In this document: in pieces, positions 23,160-26,390 of the stretch
Layout of the letters: the number at the start of each line of letters is the position of its first letter
Position numbering within the stretch: position 1 is the stretch's first letter
Source: Macrostomum lignano
Lineage: Eukaryota
Assembly (NCBI GenBank): GCA_002269645.1
Contig: NIVC01005094.1
Coordinates: 1 to 26,390, forward strand
Length of the DNA stretch: 26,390 bases
Direction: 5' to 3'
Notes under the pieces: model-generated
Database searches by the model: none
The model's input: the letters and a program-made list of their open reading frames with translations, nothing else
What the model was told of the DNA's origin: nothing
Made by a program: the position numbers and the translations under genes

Positions 23160-23397
23160 GGTCAAATCGGCATGATTTCTCGTATAAGACGATTACTTAA
23201 ACGCCTGTGAGTGTGTCGATCTTTAAAAACAGTTTTAATGTCAATAAACAGAAACCATTAACAATTTTATTAGGCAATAACAGATAAAAGTACGAGTTAT
23301 ATAGAAAAGAATCATAATGACTACTAAACAAAGACCTCGCTACTTAGGAAACAATTTAACGGTAAAGTCATTGTTGTGAAATAATATAAAATTGCCT

Positions 23398-23563
23398 AGT
23401 GTCATTTTGAGAGGGTGCCTTTTTTAGATGAGGGCACCCTGCTTTTGAGGGGGCGTCATTTTTTGAGGGGGTGCGCCATTTTATTAAGGGCGCCATTTTT
23501 TGTGGGAGCGCCATTATTATGGGGAGAGCGCCATTTTTTGTGGGAGGTGTCATTTTTGCGGAG
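23398..23563. repeat. Degenerate ~18-21-bp tandem repeat (GCGCCATTTTTTGTGGGA-like), about 8-9 copies
   Basis: Recurrent CGCCATTTT / TGTCATTTT followed by G-runs. Confidence 0.75.
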
Positions 23564-23722
23564 AAACTTCAAAATTAGCAAAAAATTAGAATTAAAAGAC
23601 AATCTAAGCGGGCTATGTCTGGTCAAGGCATTGCATGTGACCAGCATAAAAAAACACTACTAAGTTAGCATAGCAGTTTCGGAGTGAATTCAGAGTCAAT
23701 TGGCAACTCGCTAACAGACTAC

Positions 23723-23974
23723 TCAAACCAGATTGCCCCTGTTGTCCGGCTTCTTAACTTTATAGATTCGCACTATCCAGTGCTCCGTGGTGTAGGCCTC
23801 CTCCAAATAGGTCAGCTCGAAGTCTTTGTTGCCAATCTCGGCGTTGCGAACCCGATCGTAGCCGGAGGGCTGACCAGTCTGGGTGTACATGCTGCCGAAC
23901 CTGTAGTAGCTCAGCTTGTACATCAGGCAGTTCAGCAGAGTCTTGCTGCCCAGCTTGTCTACGCGGAACTCGCC
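23723..23974 (-). CDS. STT3A: STT3A terminal coding exon ([27 protein letters not shown]...[26 protein letters not shown])
   Basis: 252 nt from acceptor ...CACCAG|GGC GAG to TGA at 23725-23723. The translation matches the conserved STT3 C-terminus ([46 protein letters not shown]). Confidence 0.93.
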   Translation of the reverse strand, partial: GEFRVDKLGSKTLLNCLMYKLSYYRFGSMYTQTGQPSGYDRVRNAEIGNKDFELTYLEEAYTTEHWIVRIYKVKKPDNRGNLV

Positions 23975-24043
23975 CTGGTGTGCGGTGTGTTTTAGGGGGA
24001 AAGTGGCTCGTGATTGTGCTCAAGGCAGCCCATTGGAAAATCA

Positions 24044-24661
24044 CAAAGACCTGCAGTTGGGACAGACTCAAAGGCCTGTACAGTTAAAGCAGACACAAAT
24101 ATCTACAGTTAAAATAGACACAAAGACCTACAACTAAAGCAGACACAAAGACCTACAACTAAAGCAGACACAAAGACCTACAGTTGAGACAGACACAAAG
24201 ACCTACAACTAAAGCAGACACAAAGACCTACAGTTGAGACAGACACAAAGACCTACAGTTGAGACAGACACAAAGACCTACAGTTGAGACAGACACAAAG
24301 ACCTACAACTAAAGCAGACACAAAGACCTACAGTTGAGACAGACACAAAGACCTACAACTAAAGCAGACACAAAGACCTACAGTTGAGACAGACACAAAG
24401 ACCTACAGTTGAGACAGACACAAAGACCTACAGTTGAGACAGACACAAAGACCTACAGTTGAGACAGACACAAAGACCTACAACTAAAGCAGACACAAAG
24501 ACCTACAATTGAGACAGACACAAAGACCTACAACTAAAGCAGACACAAAGACCTACAGTTGAGACAGACACAAAGACCTACAGTTGAGACAGACACAAAG
24601 ACCTACAGTTGAGACAGACACAAAGACCTACAACTAAAGCAGACACAAAGACCTACAGTTA
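24044..24661. repeat. 25-bp intronic minisatellite with two alternating variants (CAGACACAAAGACCTACAGTTGAGA / CAGACACAAAGACCTACAACTAAAG), about 24 copies
   Basis: Directly visible; fills most of the 714-bp STT3A intron (24688-23975, GTGAGT...CAG). Confidence 0.95.
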
Positions 24662-24688
24662 GAGAGCTACTCAATAAAACAGACTCAC

Positions 24689-25343
24689 CTGGGAGTATAA
24701 TAATCGTGCTCTTTAATATGCTCTCCGCTAGGCGTGCTGCCGCCAATACGGACCATCCAGAGGAATTTGTTAATATCGTCAGACGAATAGCCCGACAGGC
24801 CGCCAAAGATGACCAAAACATAGTCAACATCCAACTCTCGCATAATAGGATAGGCTCGCTCCTCCGGAGAGGACATAGCCTGGCCAACGCGGCTAATATG
24901 AGTATTATTCCAGGTGTTATTATCCACTAGTACAGTTCGATTAGCTATAGCGCTAATCTGATAGCCGTAGTCCCACCAGCTCATCACTTTAGCATCGGGG
25001 GGTGTTCCGCCTCAGCCACCAGTAGGCCTCGCGATAGTCGTCGAAAATGATGCGACCGTGGGCGGTCTCGGCTGACAGCACAATGCTGGGGCTGGAGTAG
25101 GCTTCGCTAGTAACCCAGACGCAGTGCTGAGCGTAGAACATCATGAAGGCGCCAACTATGCAGACAACAACAAGGGCCACTTCGCTTTTAATTGGATAAT
25201 TGTCGGCTGACTTCTTTGACTTTTTATCCTCTTTACGGGTCAGGTCGATGTTGCGAACGTAGGTGGAGGCGACGCTGCTGAGCCCGATGCCGCCAAGGAT
25301 GCACATGATGGGGCCAGCACCAGCATCAGACGGCCATCACGCC
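24689..25343 (-). CDS. STT3A: STT3A penultimate coding exon (catalytic lumenal domain); frame broken in this sequence by small indels
   Basis: Acceptor TTTTCAG|GGC at 25343 and donor AG|GTGAGT at 24689. Encodes [35 protein letters not shown], the WWDYG motif, DNNTWNNTH and the DK motif DINKFLWM. The residues [14 protein letters not shown] and RIGGS indicate the STT3A rather than STT3B type. Confidence 0.92.
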
Positions 25344-25437
25344 CTGAAAATTGTGAATAGCAGAGTGCAGATCTTGCTAATACTAACAGTAGTATGCAGG
25401 GGGAAGTTTAATAGAAATTTGATGCAAATATACCAAG

Positions 25438-26390
25438 TCTGAAAATCTCATAATATCAAGTAAACTGATCGTATCAAAAATCAAATCTCATAGTGAAATG
25501 GCTGGATTAAAATCTTCAATGAGATGGCTCTCAAAATCTCAAAATCTCATAGTGAGATAACAGTATCAAAATCTCATAGTGAGATAATCGTATTGAAATC
25601 TCATAGTGAGATGACCTTATCAAAATCTCATAGTGAGATGACCTTATCAAAATCTCATAGTGAGATGACCGTATTGAAATCTCATAGTGAGATAACGTAT
25701 CAAAATCTCATGGTGAGATAACAGTATCAAAATCTCATAGTGAGATGACCTTATCAAAATCTCATAGTGAGATAACCGTATTGAAATCTCATAGTGAGAT
25801 AACCGTATTGAAATCTTATAGTGAGATAACCGTATCAAAATATTATAGTGCTATAAAAGATTAAAAATCTCACAGTGAGATAACTGTATCAAAATCTCAT
25901 AGTGAGATAACCGTATCAAATCTCATAGTGAGATAACAGTATCAAAATCTCACAGTGAGATAACCGTATCAGAATCTCACAGTGAGATAACAGTATCAAA
26001 ATCTCATAGTGAGATAACAGTATCAAAATATCATAGTGAGATAACCGTATCAAAATTTCATAGTGAGATAACCATATCAAAATCTCACAGTGAGATAACC
26101 GTATCACAAACTCACAGTGAGATAACCGTATCAAAATTTCATAGTGAGATAACAGTATCAAAATCTCACAGTGAGATACCGTATCACAATCTCACAGTGA
26201 GATAACCGTATCAAAATTTCATAGTGAGATAACCGTATCACAATCTCACAGTGAGATAACCGTATCAAAAATTTCATAGTGAATAACAGTATCAAAATCT
26301 CATAGTGAGATAACGTAATCAAAATCTCATAGTGAGATAACAGTATCAAAATCTCACAGTGAGATAAACCGTATCACAATCTCATAGTGA
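25438..26390. repeat. 27-bp palindrome-containing minisatellite (consensus AAAATCTCATAGTGAGATAACMGTATC), about 32+ copies, running off the window end
   Basis: Directly visible, regular from about 25541. It lies in the STT3A intron upstream of the 25343 acceptor. The 27-bp period gives the 9-aa-periodic ORFs. Confidence 0.95.

Overview
Eukaryotic (probably invertebrate animal) genomic DNA, roughly three-quarters tandem repeat. The only gene I can identify is the 3' end of STT3A (catalytic subunit of oligosaccharyltransferase) on the minus strand. It has two exons (25343-24689, 23974-23723), and the conserved frame needs four small indel corrections, most likely long-read errors. The dominant feature is a 14-kb head-to-tail array (6165-20204) of about 51.5 copies of a 272/273-bp monomer, set between two (CTAT)n tracts. 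It splits into two internally uniform blocks (26 x type A, 24 x type B) joined by chimeric units. The monomer is unusually self-complementary: it has a ~26-bp imperfect hairpin whose G:U pairs favour a + strand RNA, a GAAA-tetraloop hairpin, long-range helices and two CCAAT boxes. It is therefore a candidate massively amplified small-RNA gene (pri-miRNA-like, spliced-leader-like or another structured RNA) rather than an inert satellite; this is a hypothesis, not an identification. Six further minisatellites (19-27 bp units) and a degenerate short repeat fill much of the rest. Nearly all ORFs in the supplied track are repeat artefacts.
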